Assembly (NCBI RefSeq): GCF_006345805.1 | Contig: NC_042999.1 | Location: 98,642,001-98,706,000 of the forward strand | Origin: Octopus sinensis | Taxonomy: Eukaryota | Length of the DNA stretch: 64,000 bases | Direction: 5' to 3' | Shown here: positions 26,297 through 39,480 of the stretch, piece after piece | Numbering within the stretch: position 1 is the stretch's first letter | Layout of the letters: each line of letters opens with the position of its first letter | The notes under the pieces: model-generated | Told to the model about the DNA's origin: nothing | What the model saw: the letters and a program-made list of their open reading frames with translations, nothing else | Databases searched by the model: none | Translations under genes and position numbers: made by a program

Positions 26297-26510
26297 AATG
26301 ATTTCAAAGTTTAGCACAAGGCCAACAATTTTGAGGGATGAAGTAAGTCAATTACGTTGACTCATGTTCAGCAGGTACTTGTTTTATTAACACCAAAAGG
26401 GTGAAAGGCAAGTTTGACCTTGGAGAAATTTGAACTCGGAATGTAAAGATGGACAAAATGCTGCCAAGCATTTTGCCCAATGCAGTAATGATTCTGACAG
26501 TTCACCCCTT
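26297..26510 (-). mobile_element. SINE family A copy
   Basis: aaagggtgaaaggcaagtttgaccttggagaaatttgaactc matches the family. Confidence 0.75.
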
Positions 26511-27225
26511 TTCAGCAACATTTAATATTCTCAATGTTTATAGGTCTAAATTTCAGCAACTTAATTATTCAACTTATTTTCCTGCCTCCCATGAAGGCAG
26601 TATTTCAGTATTTCCTTGTAACTGTGCTTTACTCTTTTATAACCTATCTTCCCTGTTCACATATACTCCACTGAAGACTTGTTGGATAAATGCTAATGAA
26701 ATACTTGACTTTTTTCTTGACCAGAACCATCCATCAATGAGAGATCTACCATATTATCAAAAATTATATATTACGAAGTTAGGTACAGGAATAGCTGTGT
26801 TGCAGGGAGAAATGACTTTGCTGATTTATTGGAATTTCTTAATTGAAATAATCATTAATAAGATGTTAGGCTTATTCTTGAGCCATCATAAAAATTGAAA
26901 CATACAGCTGAACGAATATCAACATGTAAATGGTAGGCTTCCAAACTAAACCTACAATTTAAGTTCATCTTCAAGTGGAAACTATTGCACCTTTACTAGA
27001 AATGGGAATGTCACGACTACTATTTTCTGTTCTCCTTTTCAGTTTAATGGTTACCTAATGAAGACAATGAAGCACCATTCCATTGTGTCTTCATTAAGAC
27101 ACCATCTCACTACTTCATCAGAAAATGTCTAAATATAGATATGAGGATTTTTAAAGAAATGGCATATTCTTATGGAACCCAAACACTGCAGTTTAACTCA
27201 TTTCAAATATTTCAGCTTTACTCTT

Positions 27226-27441
27226 TTGATATCAAACTACCTGAGGCTACTCTTGAGTCTGATACAAACATCCCATTTTAAAGTGATCTGAATCAATGCC
27301 TTCCATTTAAAATTTAATATTTATGCTCCAAACACCAACTAAATAGTGACAAAGTTATTTTACTAAAGTGTTCATTATTTTCAAAACTAATTGAAATGAA
27401 AGCAATATTATTCAACTGCAATTTGATGACAAAATGCTTAA
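27226..27441. mobile_element. piggyBac-like (TTAA) MITE, diverged, opposite orientation to 46296-46520
   Basis: Contains gacaaagttattttactaaagtgttcatt, the reverse complement of the 46360-46390 segment; ends in ttaa. Confidence 0.5.
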
Positions 27442-28609
27442 CCCAACTCAAAACCAACATACCAGCTCAAAACCAGCATACCAGCTTATCTCAATTCAAA
27501 CATTCAGTTAATCTTAACTCCACCCAAATGCTAAATGAAATATATTCATTAAAAAGAGCTGGCATGACCAACTGGATTAAGGACAATACAGAAAGCTTTC
27601 TAATTCCCAAAGGGCTTTTAAGGGCATGCAATTATTTTTGATTTCACAGTGTTAAGTAGATGAGAAAGAATATCAACTCAACCTGTATTTGATATATATT
27701 TGTGACAGGTAACATTTGCAAATGATTTGGTATCTACACCTCCTGGCAAATTACTTGAGATTACACAGGATAAAATATTCTACTGAGAAACATAAGTGTA
27801 TTTGAATTCATCATCTTTGGACAGTTAGTGTAATACCTTATCCACTCACACATCCATCTTCTATAAAGAGGGATTAGATGCTGACGCATAACTCTATATG
27901 TCATAACTTTTTTGTACAAAGGACAGGTGTTTATATGTTGTGTTTTAGTTTCAATTTATTCCTACTCCTGTGTTAAAAGGAATTCCAGTCATCAGGGTAG
28001 ATTTTGTTGCTATTTCTAGCAGTTTATGTGATAACATGGAGGCTCTTTTTAGTGGCTTCATTAAAGTGGGAGGCTTGATAAAATAGGTGCTTTTATTTCA
28101 GCAGTGGTATTTTTCTTTTGTTTTTTCGTTATTCTGAGATAGTTAATAGGGCTTGTTCCAGTGCAATGAACAAGTTAAGCAGATACAGAGTACAGAAGAA
28201 AGCTAATCTGTGACTGACCAAAATTTTAGCCAAAAGAAAATGTAATACATAGTGAGAAGATAACGTTTTACTCTCTTGAATGAAACACAAAGTGATCAAA
28301 TCCTATCAGTGGTTCAGAGAAGGCATTAAGCAAAGCATTGAATGAATCCCTTACCTTTTTCCTTTGGTTTCAGAGAAGATGATTAAATATAGAGAAAAGA
28401 AAACAAAATGAATGTGTACAAGAGAGAGAGAGAGAGAGAGAGAGTAAGAGAGTCAAAATGAGAACTGCTATGTATGTTGGTGGCTTGCAGTAGCAAACTT
28501 ATTTCAACATTAGAATATTACTATGGTTTTATCTTTATGTAGAAATTCAAGTGAGAGATCACACATTTCACTTATATGTTTCTAGACCCATGGAAATATT
28601 AGAATCTAT

Positions 28610-28805
28610 CAAGGTGGCAAACTGACAGAATCATTTGTGCACTGGGTAAAATGCTTAGTGGCATTTCATCCATCTTTACATTCAGTGTTTAGATTCTGCC
28701 AAGGTTGACTTTGCCTTTCATCCTTTTGGGATCGATAAAATAAGTAACAGTTGAGTACATTAGTAGTAATTAAAGTAATTTTGTGCCAAAATTTGAAACC
28801 AATAT
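28610..28805 (+). mobile_element. SINE family A copy
   Basis: aaggttgactttgcctttcatccttttgggatcgataaaataagtaacag. Confidence 0.8.
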
Positions 28806-31505
28806 TAGAACCTATCTCTGAAAGCTAATGACACTAGTCAACTCAGTAGAGTTAATGATGCCATTATTGTTGTTGTTTAGCTCCAAGCCAACCCTCATTA
28901 AGTAGATCTATAATCAAAAGTATTTCAGTCATAACTAATCTGCCTTCTTATGAATACCTTGATTATATTATCAAGCATGTGTCCTTTGTCCTCTTTTTCA
29001 AGCCATTAGAGTGTGATTTAAGTAAGATTTGCTGATATTTGTTGAGGCATAGATGCTCCCTTGCTGGCCCATTGTTATTGTAGCTGTTGTAGAAAAAAAA
29101 ATAAGCAGAACAAAATACAGGTATCCGGTTCTGGTGAAACAACAATATTCTCAAAGTCCAGAGTTAAGAAACAACCTTTATTAGGATTGTTACATAGACT
29201 GGCAAATTAGCAGCTTCATTAGGGTACTGGATAGGCACCCCTTATGATAGAATTCAATTAAAAAAAAAAGGTCAACCCTGAGTAAATCTTTCAAAGTATT
29301 CCAGCTATGGCCATCTCATTTTATTTTGATGATAGCCTTAATAATCAATGTATAAGGTCCAATATCCAAATTGTGAATTACGTTGTAATTCACAACTATA
29401 TAGTATCTTGAGCAAGTATCTTTACCATAGCTTCTAGTCACCCCATATTCTGTGAGTGGAAGTGAGTTGACAGAAATTACATAGAAGCCCTCTTTATGAG
29501 TTATATCTCTAATTCAATAAAAAACCCAGTCTTGTCATCTACTCAACCCAAGAACTGCATTAGTGGTGTGTGTGTCTACAGAATACTCAGCCACACACAT
29601 GTTCATATAAAGAGTTGGACATTCAGTTATTCAAATAAACTAAATGCTTGGCATCAAATGTGAGAGAGGGTGCTTCATAGACTGTGTGAGTCAAGGTTGC
29701 AAAAGTTGTGATATACACATCTTTTTCAAAATTATTGGAAGGTAAGTTTAGAAAATTAATTCTAGCTGGGAATTAAAATTAGGTCATTGAAAACTTATTG
29801 CCAATAGAGAGAGTGAACCAATAAAGGAAGGCCTCTATGTGGTCACTTAATCTGTTGGAAATAGCAACCAAATCTCCCTAAAAATGAAACAACCACACAC
29901 CATATTAAACAAGAAGTATATATTGAATAATGCAACACTAGATATACCTAAAACAGAGATAGTCATAGCTGGAATGCTTTAAGCTACAATGATGACTTAC
30001 TATGATTGCAAATAAATCAAAGTTTGAAATATAAAAGGTGGGTGAGCTGACGATTTAAGCAAAAGTTTAAAACCCATAAAATGTTTGAGTTGTAATAATC
30101 TTTACTCTATTTTCATTGGCTCCAGCAACTTATAATTATTACTGTTTGAAGAAAAAACTACTAAATTCTAAGAGAAACAAATTTTGCTTAACTCTGAGTC
30201 TCAGCTTGAGGAATAACATTGATTTAAACATTTAGAATGTTCTAGCCTGAGTGCTATGTCACTGCATAGGTTATCTAAGTCTACCGACTCCAGTTTGTCT
30301 GACTAAAGGAAAAGAACACCCTCTGTTGTCTACTTCGAGATTACATGGTTAACTCTACCATGTTAACACTAAAAGGAAATTTACCCAACAAATAAAATAT
30401 CAGATTTCCTTGAGAATGAATAAATGGATGTAAAACAGTAAACGTTGAAGAAGAAAGAATCACATTGTGTCAGACAGGTAAGTATACACCAGACAAATCA
30501 TACAGGTAAGTATATAAAACAGGTCATAAGACAAATTAATATATAGGTAAAACGTCGGGGTATATATAAGTAGCAGAGGTTATTATGAGACCTGTTCAAT
30601 GTTAGCATACATGAGAAAAGTTATATAGATCAATAAATATCACGTTTAAAATTCATCTTAATTACTGAATTCAGAGACGTAAATTATGAAATGGGATAAT
30701 TATAGTATTTATGAAATAACATCATAAATATACCATATTTACAGTACAAATAATATGTATATGTGTGAATGTGTCTCCGTATGACTATATATATATATGT
30801 GAGCGTATGTGTACACATAAGAAAACTGAAAAATTGTTGCTTTGCAAAGAAATTCTTGAGATATTTGTTCTGTGCATTAGTAGACCAGATTTGAATTCGC
30901 TGGAAGCCTGGAACCATCGACACTATGGTTCAGTAATTGCTATAGAAATGACGATTAGCTTTCAGTGTTGTCTCTCAACCTAAGTAAGTCAATAAGAAAA
31001 TGTTGATTTAGTAAAAAAAATAATAATGACCTTACTGTGTACAATACTCAGATGCACCTCAGACTCATAAAAAAAAACGGAAAACGAGAAAGCAGCTATA
31101 ATTTTTTTTTAATGTTCAGTGATGAAAACAGCAATGACAGCCAAAAATGCGTATTCTAAATAAAACTCAAAAAGACGGGAAAGTGAACAGTGAAAGGCTG
31201 TAAGGAGAAACGAGTGCACGTCGGTTATAGGATTGGTGAGTTTCGAAAATTGGGAATTTTTAATGCATACAAAAGACAGCAAATAACCAACGAAGATAGT
31301 TTATTTCATGCTTTGAAAAGAGGAGTTATCCCAGAATGATAAAAAGCAGAGTTGCCCTCAGCAATTTTCTCCCAAGTATCGATTTTCTTTCGAAATCGAC
31401 TGATTAAATACCTATAAATATTATCCAGTTTGCCATGACGTGTGCTAGAGTATTTACAGTGCAGTGGAACGAAATCGAAGACAGTACAATTTTTATATAT
31501 ATATA

Positions 31506-31805
31506 GGCGCGGATGTGTAGCAAGAAGCTTGTTTCGCAACAACACGGTTCCAGGTTCAGTCCCATAAGTGGCATCTCGGAAACTGAAGGAAGTTCGTCGT
31601 ATATGTGTGTATCTACGTATGTGTCTGCCCCTCGCTTGACAACTGGTGTTGGTGTGTTTTTGTCCCTGTAACTTAGCGTTTCGGCAAAATAGATCGATAG
31701 AATAAATACCAGGCTTAAAAAATACATTCGACTATAAATTCTTCAAAGAGGTGCCCCAGCATGGCTGCAGTCTCATGACTGAAACAAGTAAACAAGTAAA
31801 AGAAA
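31506..31805 (+). mobile_element. SINE family B copy with internal deletion
   Basis: ggcgcggatgtgtagcaagaagcttg...ggttcagtccc...ccagcatggctgcagtctcatgactgaaacaagtaaa. Confidence 0.8.
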
Positions 31806-31816
31806 ATAAATATATA

Positions 31817-33380
31817 CCATGTTTCCCCGAAAATAAGACCTGGTCTTATGTTAATTTTGCATAAAAAAAAAACGCACTAGGGCTTATTTTCAGGGGATGT
31901 CTTATATTTTTGCAGCAAAATATCCAAGAAAAACAAAAAAGTCTCATGTCCTCATGTAAAAGGAAAAACTGTAAAAAGGAAACCCATGTTTTTAGTTATC
32001 AAAAGTTTATTTATTTGCCTATTATCTTTAGTCAAGTATAAACATTTCGTCCTCTTCTGGAACATCGTTATAAATCATCAAGCCCCGAACTTCAGACTGA
32101 ATTTCTTGCAAATCCATTTCCTGTAGAATCACGGACCCCAGTCTTTCATGTTTGGCAATATAACTTTCCTTAAATGAACACTTTTTGTCCAAGTACCCTG
32201 CTCGTAGCGCATTGGCAACGAAGCTATTGGTAATTTTATTCCATGAATTTTTCACCCAATTAACAACTTCTTGGAGGCTGGGTTTGACAAAGTTTCCACG
32301 CTGATTTCTCTCCATTCTCTGTTCGATATATTCATTCACTTCCATCCGCAAATAATCTTTGAAGGATTTGTTTATTACAAGATCTAATGTTTGTAGATAT
32401 GAAGCTATTCCCGCGGGAATCATTATGTGGTCAATTCTTCTTTCAGAAAGGAAGGTTTTTTTATATCTTTTACGTGATGAGTACTGGCCGAATCCCAGAC
32501 TAAAAGACCTCTTTAAGAACCACGTAAAACAAGTGGCATAGTTAAATCAACCCTTTTTTTTTTTATAATAGCTTGTGTGCACCAAGCCTTTTCCGTATCA
32601 AGGACATAAATGCCTGAAACTCGTTCTACTTTCTGTTTTTGCCCTTTGTGATGATAAGCGGTGTGACTTGTGTTCCATCAAGACGAATTGCTAAAATACA
32701 AGTAATTCTTGCACTTTCGTAACCCTTTGAGGCAACGTAGATTGACGAGGCACCTGTCTGTTCAATTGTCATTTTAGATCCTTTGCCTATAAATACTGCA
32801 GTTTCATCCATAGCAATTATATTGGAGAGATTGTATTTAGATAAGTCAATGCCATCAACGGACTTAAATGCAAGTGCACATTAAATCACTTCAGCATCCT
32901 CCAGCTTAAACAGTGTTGTCAATCTTCTTAGAGAGAGCTCATATCGCCGAAGGAAGTTATCCAACCAATAAGGTGATGCTTTGAATATCTCTGGGAGTAT
33001 ATCCAACTGTGGTGCCATTGCAAGAGAAAATTATAGAATATCAGCCCTGTGTACAACCAAAACTTACCCTTCTTAGCACTTCCCTCATCGACCTGTCTGC
33101 TGAAATTATCGTATTCTGTTCACCATTTTCGACCCATTCGGAGATCCAACATCTTCTTACAGAAAGCCGTAAGATTCTTGTTATGTGACTCTTCCACAAT
33201 TCCTTTCTTGTACTCCATGGAGTAACTCTTTCTTTCTGCACTCAACTTGCCTGGGGGACAAGGGAGTCAGCTACTTTAGCCAAGCTGCGGTAGTTAGTTT
33301 ATTTTGTAAACATCACATAATCTTGCTAACAAGCTGATGCATTTTTGACTAGGTCTTATTTTCGGGATAGGGCTTATATT
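31817..33380 (-). mobile_element. pogo/Tc2-like DNA transposon, decayed
   Basis: TA followed by terminus ccatgtttccccgaaaataagacc; inverted ggtcttattttcggg near 33352-33366; contains transposase remnants. Confidence 0.85.
32028..33240 (-). pseudogene. pogo-family DDE transposase pseudogene
   Basis: Fragments MDETAVF, RITCILAIRLDGTQVTPLII and IPAGIASYLQTLDLVINKSFK (cf. LQPLDVxxNKxFK) lie in separate, broken ORFs. Confidence 0.85.
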
Positions 33381-33489
33381 AAAAATCTATAAATTTAATC
33401 GAGAAATTAGTAAAACACATTGTGAAATGTAGAATTTTCCCTTGGTCGGCTAGTTTTAATTCCTACGTGCTTTCCTTTAGAATCTAGAG

Positions 33490-33746
33490 CAGTAGTTCCC
33501 AAACTTTTTTGAGCTGCCACCCACCTTGGCGCCCAAGACACATTCTTAGCGCCCCTCACTCTCCCCACCACAATTATTGACCACTTTCTACAGCAAATTC
33601 AAAACAACTGTATTTCACAAATAAAACATAAGCCTAATCAACCTATTAATATTTTTTAATATCTATCACCCCATTTTTCTTCAATGCCCCAGTTGATCTT
33701 TCCACTATCCCCAGAGGGACAATACCTCTCACTTTGGGAACCGCTG
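33490..33746. mobile_element. hAT (Charlie-like) MITE, complete
   Basis: TIRs CAGTAGTTCCCAAA / TTTGGGAACCGCTG; flanking 8-mers atctagag / atcgagaa match at 6 of 8 positions (NTCTAGAN-type TSD). Confidence 0.8.
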
Positions 33747-34511
33747 ATCGAGAATTAAGTCAGCTCTTGTCAAGGGACTTAACTCTTCAAACAGAAGTAT
33801 AATTTCCTGTCAGAAGTTGTTTCCCTTTAGTAAAGTAATTTGTTATAGCGAAGATAAAAAGTGAGGCCCAGGTATGAACAGTATATAGCACTATGACCGC
33901 AAGCGACCTTTTGGATCTTTATGTATAGCACGCGTAATGTCATGATCATATTAAAATAGCAGCTTTTATTGAAATTTTGAGTAGTATACAGCACATAAGA
34001 TTCTCGTATTTTAACCAAACTCGCTATGCAATTCAGAGACCCCCGCTACTCCAACAACCAGCCAGGAACTAGAGCATGCAGAGAAACAAAACGAAAGTTG
34101 TCTGGCTGAATAACTAAGTCCAAAAGAAACCTTCCGAACTTCCTTTTCTAATGTCACTTCATCCAATCAAGGTCCCTTGCTTCTCTTTTCCGCTCGTCTT
34201 ACCTACTCTGGCACATTTTATTATATAATCCTTAGGTCCGACTCTCTTAGTGGTGAGTGAGACTCCGTCTTTAAAAAAAAAATTGTTCTTGCCTTTTCTA
34301 TGTAGTTGCGATGTATTAGTAAGAGCAAACGAATGTCTCTATTGTCACATAACTGTCTTCAAAACGGGAAAGGAAAAATTGGGCAATGGTAATAATAAAC
34401 ATACAGAAAGACTAGAAGGACAAGGCTGGAATGACTTTCATCATAGGCTAATGAATCAAAATCGGATCTCGTATTAAGCAATAACAAAGAGTCCCTGTGA
34501 GGCAAAGAAGT

Positions 34512-34575
34512 CTGTATACGGTAGTTAGACCTGCTAGAAACAGCTGTATACGGTAGTTAGACCTGCTAGAAACAG
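34512..34575. repeat. Perfect 32-bp tandem duplication
   Basis: ctgtatacggtagttagacctgctagaaacag twice. Confidence 0.9.
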
Positions 34576-37500
34576 CAGATAAAGTTCCCTCAAAAAGCAC
34601 TCCATTCTAAAAAATAAAATCGAAGGACGCTTTAGGCAAAGTCTAAGATACACTTAAAAGAACTATTCATGATTGGAACATTATTATTTATAAACCGGTT
34701 TCATAAAAGTTAATCAGAGTTTAAACATCAATAATTCTCCCACCATAAAGTCTCTGATAAGGCTTTTAGCCCACTAATTTAATATAACGTTCAATCATTC
34801 TTCGATAGCTGTTAGAATCAATCCAGTGAGGAACAACAACTCGTGTGAGATTGTGAAGACTTCTTGTACATGAGGAATTTATTCCAATATGGAATAAGAG
34901 CATTTACATAGCTTGTACATATTATTCAATAGAACAAAATGGAATTTGAATGAGGGAGTGTTTTCGTCATGCCGTATTCCATAATTGGTGATGGAGATTG
35001 AAGAGAATTCAATCAACGAGAAGATACCTTATAGCAGGTACAGAGATGGTTAACACCATAGATCATCGCAGGCAATGTGCGAAGGATAATGTTACCTCTC
35101 CGTACATATATTTTATAGCTAGGTAACGAGCGCCACCTAGTTGCTAGCGATGTGACAAGAGAGATAACTCTCATTGAAGCATGACGTTACTAATTCAAAT
35201 AAGGTTGACTACAGGCTTCTCTTGCTTTGCTGCTTTAACTCAATGAAGACATAGTCTTATCTAGGATATTTTCTGTCATAGATCTGTTCGATTAAAGTTG
35301 CTCTATGTCTATACAGTAGCAGCAACAACAACAACTTAGTGTCACTAACATTAATTTCATTTAACTGCGAGAAAAACTACTTCTTAATAGGGAATAACAG
35401 AGCAAATTGCACTAAACAAGGTCTCGGTTGAAGTGTCTGATTGATCTGGTTCTGCTAAACCTTTATAAATACAGTTTTTCTGTTAGCTTACTTTAGAAAA
35501 AAGAAAGAAAATGATTAATGAAGTTATACAGTAATTATTTTTATTTGATGGTGGTGGGGGACAGTGTCCTGCATTCCAGTTTATCAATGAGTAATAAAAA
35601 ATGTGAAGAAAGCTGTCTCACACCAAATCAATAAAATATAAATAGTATAAGTTCGTGTAAATGTAATCAAAAGAGAGTGCTCAAGTTTCGAACAGACATA
35701 GAGCAACTTTTAAATTAGTTTGTGTATTAATCTTTGATAACATTTTCTAAATTTTGCACGATGTTTTCGTAGCGGGCTGGATGTGATATGCCATATCAAT
35801 TCGATATGAGGTAGCCCACTACTAAATGTAGCGTATAGATGCAACGCTTGAAGGTTCTCATGTCGGAGTAACCAGTAAGCATCAAAGAATCAACACCAAA
35901 AAGGAAGAAATATTATTTACATTTATTTACTCGTTTGCCCGACAGGTTGTTAAAGAGAAAGTAGCAATTCTAGTGATAGTAACAAGGATGGCTCGCTGGT
36001 TAGTAGTTGATAGTGTAGAAAAAGGTTGTCTGTCAGTAGAGAGTGAAAGAGTAAGAAATGCACGGTGCTGACAGGAAAGGATAGAGGTGGCATCATCTTT
36101 CTTGCAGCCGATGGAAGTGTTGCTCTTGGTCATGGCTGACGCAAAAAGCATGTTGCTCCTTGGTCACAGCTGACACATAAGAGGAAGAGATAGGAAATTC
36201 TCTCTGTCATATAGACTATGGTCAGTAATGTAGGTCAAACCCTAAACAAAGGACTGACCTTTCCTTGACCAGCACAGGTCCTAGGAGGTGGAGTGTTTCC
36301 TCATCAATCATCTGGTGTGGAGAGGTTTTCCCGCTCGTTTTGACAAGCAGCAAGCAGGTGGATTTGGTTTCAAATCCAGGTATGGTCAAACTAGTTCCCT
36401 GCACTACTCTCCCGCTAGAGAGTTTCTAACGAACAAAAATGCATTTTAAGGCAAGGTGAAAATAAAAGTCAGTTGTGAAAAATATTTTGTTGTTGGTGAA
36501 TGTGATGCAAGGCTGAGTAAAAGGGGGAGAGAATCTTGAGAAGGTATACGGGATAGGTATCTGATAGTGGTGTCGCTTTGCTTGCGCAGAATACACGATA
36601 TGCCAGTCGGTGCGCGACTGAGGCAGAGTGAACGAGTGTGCGCATGAGTACAGAATATTCCAGTTGTTGCGTGACTGAGCGGGCAAGGGCGTATACATGA
36701 GTGCGAGGGAAAGTCCTGCAGTTGTGGAATAAGGTGAGGTGATTGTGTGCACTCTCTATCTATGATATCAGCAAAAGTTTTCTTGCAGGATTGCATTTTG
36801 CGTGAAAATGCCTTGAAGAGGTGCAGAAGTGAATTGAGTCTGGGGTTGTTATCGCGGGCATTTGCTAAGATTAGCCCGAACGACGACAGTGTGGCATGTT
36901 GGCGCGTTGCGTTGGACAGACAATTTCCTCTATTAACTTCGTGACCATCCTGGAGTCGAACAGAGACAAGTTGTGTCTGACAAGAGTGCAGAGAGCATGA
37001 GTTGACATCCGACGTACACAGAGTAGGGAAAAAGAGCTGAGAGGGCACAGACATGATGAGGACAACTCTAAAGGCATAATATTGTGGTGCAGGTGTAGAA
37101 CTGATTGCGTGCGAAGAAAGAAACTGCAGACATTCAAAAGGAGAACCTGTAGCAGAAGCCATGCAATAAAAACAGGTGAACAATGCGTGTGCATGAAATG
37201 TGCAAGGCCAATGGCCAACGAGAAAAAATATAAAAATATAGATCATTCAAAAACATATGCATATGAATTCAGTGAAACGAGTCGTCGCAGAATTAAGTGT
37301 TACGTGTAAAGGTGTGCAGTGAAAAAAAAAAAGAATGAAATAAGCAAAAATAACATAAAAAAAAACTTGGCTAGAAAGTATCCTGGTCCTTAAAAGCTAA
37401 AAAGTAGCATTTGAAATGCAAAAGTAGGTGCATGTAAAGAAAGCTCAAATCTATGGCTGTCGAAAACCTTGCTCGTGTGAGCTTCCATAGAGTTTTCCGG

Positions 37501-37909
37501 TTAGTTCTTGGTCGAATAGTTGTTCGAAATTCAGTATTTACTTATGTCAGCGATTTCTCTGGTGGATCTGTGCATCGGGTTGCAGTGCATTCTCTGGCAG
37601 GTCGAAAGTGAATTGTGGGTGTCCATTGTGTCGGTGAGTTCTTTTCCTTCGTGTTGTGCGACAGTCGAAACAAAAACTGTGTAGTGAAAGTTGTTATTCT
37701 TGTCTTCGATGTGACGAGCATGTTGTGAAAACTGTAATTCTTCAGCTTGGGTCACTAGAATGTAGTGATGAAATGGAAAATTTAACCGCAGAACAAAAAA
37801 TTGTCTTCATTTTCCAAATGCAGTCGTCGAGTTGGTGAAGCAGAGGCAATCGTGTATTAGAACGTCGGGAAGGATACGCGGCAACGGCTGTTAGATGAAA
37901 GTTGTAGAT

Positions 37910-37980
37910 CAGGGGTTCCCAACCTTTTTTTTCGCTGTGGACCACCAAAATAAGTAATTTTTTCCTGTGGACCACCTCAA
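37910..37980 (+). mobile_element. hAT (Charlie-like) element terminus
   Basis: CAGGGGTTCCCAACCTTTT followed by repeated gtggaccacc subterminal motifs. Confidence 0.55.
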
Positions 37981-38249
37981 ATTTTTAATTTATTATAAAA
38001 GAACTGCTACTCGTATCATTTTCACTTTGCAATGAAAGTTACTTTTTCGTTTTTATAAACACCAATAACAAAACCTATTTGCAAATGCACATGACTCTCA
38101 AGAAAGCTTTATTAGACAGAATCGAATAGAAAAGGTTATTGAATCGTGGAAAACACTCCCCTTTTATTCGGAAAAAAAAACTGTACAGCTCTTATTGGCT
38201 GTAAGCAAATCGATACTTTACTGGGGTCCGGAACTCTCGTAAGAAAAAT

Positions 38250-38670
38250 TTTTCGCCGGCTTTTGCCTGTCTTTGTGTTCTGAGTGCAAATTCCGCCGAG
38301 GTCGATTTTTGCCTTCCATCCTTTCGGGATTGATAGAATAAGTACCAGTTGAGCACTGGGCCCGGATGTAATCGACCTACCCACCCCTTGTACCAGACGT
38401 TGAAATCAGTGTTAGAAATCGAAGTAGGCGGCAAATTGGCCGAATCGTTAGAGAGCTGACTGAGCCGTTAGAGACAAAATATTTAGCGGCGTTAGTTCCA
38501 GCTCTTTACGTTCTTACTTCAAATCCCAACGAAATTAACATTGCCTTTTGGAGTGTGTAACATTGAAGTACCACTTAAGTACTGGAGTTGTAACTGACTA
38601 CTATTCTCGCCAACATCACCATCACTTGCACATTTCAGACCTTGTGCCTATAGTAGACAGGATATTAGGA
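38250..38670 (+). mobile_element. Two head-to-tail SINE family A copies
   Basis: ttccgccgaggtcgatttttgccttccatcctttcggg... followed by a second copy from ~38425. Confidence 0.75.
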
Positions 38671-39445
38671 GTCGAAATGTTTTGATTTTTTTTTTTCCTG
38701 TTATATTTCTGAAAAGAATAATGTGTTAGTAATCTTTTAATGGCAATTAACTAGTTGACAGCATTGTTTTGTAATGTATTTACTTTTGTTGAATCATTCT
38801 AAGAGGACTACGATTCCTAGGAGTGGGAACTTCTACATAGTCACTTGTCATAATTCGTAGTTGAATTCCTTTTACACCTAATCTAGTCGATGAAAACCAA
38901 TAACAACGTAAAGAAATACTCGTCATTTATTCTCTATCTAAAGTTATACAATTACCTTCTACTTACAACGCACGAACAGATTTTGTGCATAAACATTCAT
39001 CATTTTGAAGGGAAATAACTACATGAGTTATTGCCCCTCCATTTTGACAGATTCAAGAAAATAATTTGTGGTTTCATAATCAAAATGCTTATAATTCACA
39101 TTTTTTTAAAATATAATTTTTATAATTCACGTTTTTTTTTTGCAAGTAATTAGTTTATATAGAGTTACACAGACATTTTAAAACAAATATTAGTGTGAAT
39201 TCTTTTGTGCTAATATGAATTTTCAGCTAAAATATAAATAAATAAAGATTATTGTAACTTGGTTACAGTTCATTTTCTTCAGTTACACCACTAATTGCCA
39301 TTTAGCTTCCCAACCACATGATTCTGAGGTCAGTTCCACTGCGTGGTACCTTGGGTAGGTGTCTTCTACAATAGTAACAGGCTGACAAAAGCCTTGTGAG
39401 TTAATGGACAATGGATGTTAAATGATGATGATGATACATACATAC

Positions 39446-39480
<35 letters not shown>

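Noticed and set aside
26449-26898. 149-aa ORF
   Set aside because: Begins inside a SINE, has no recognisable domain and no supported splice structure.
35294-35710. 17-bp inverted repeat aaagttgctctatgtct / agacatagagcaacttt as MITE ends
   Set aside because: No TSD or second copy seen; too little evidence to call an element.
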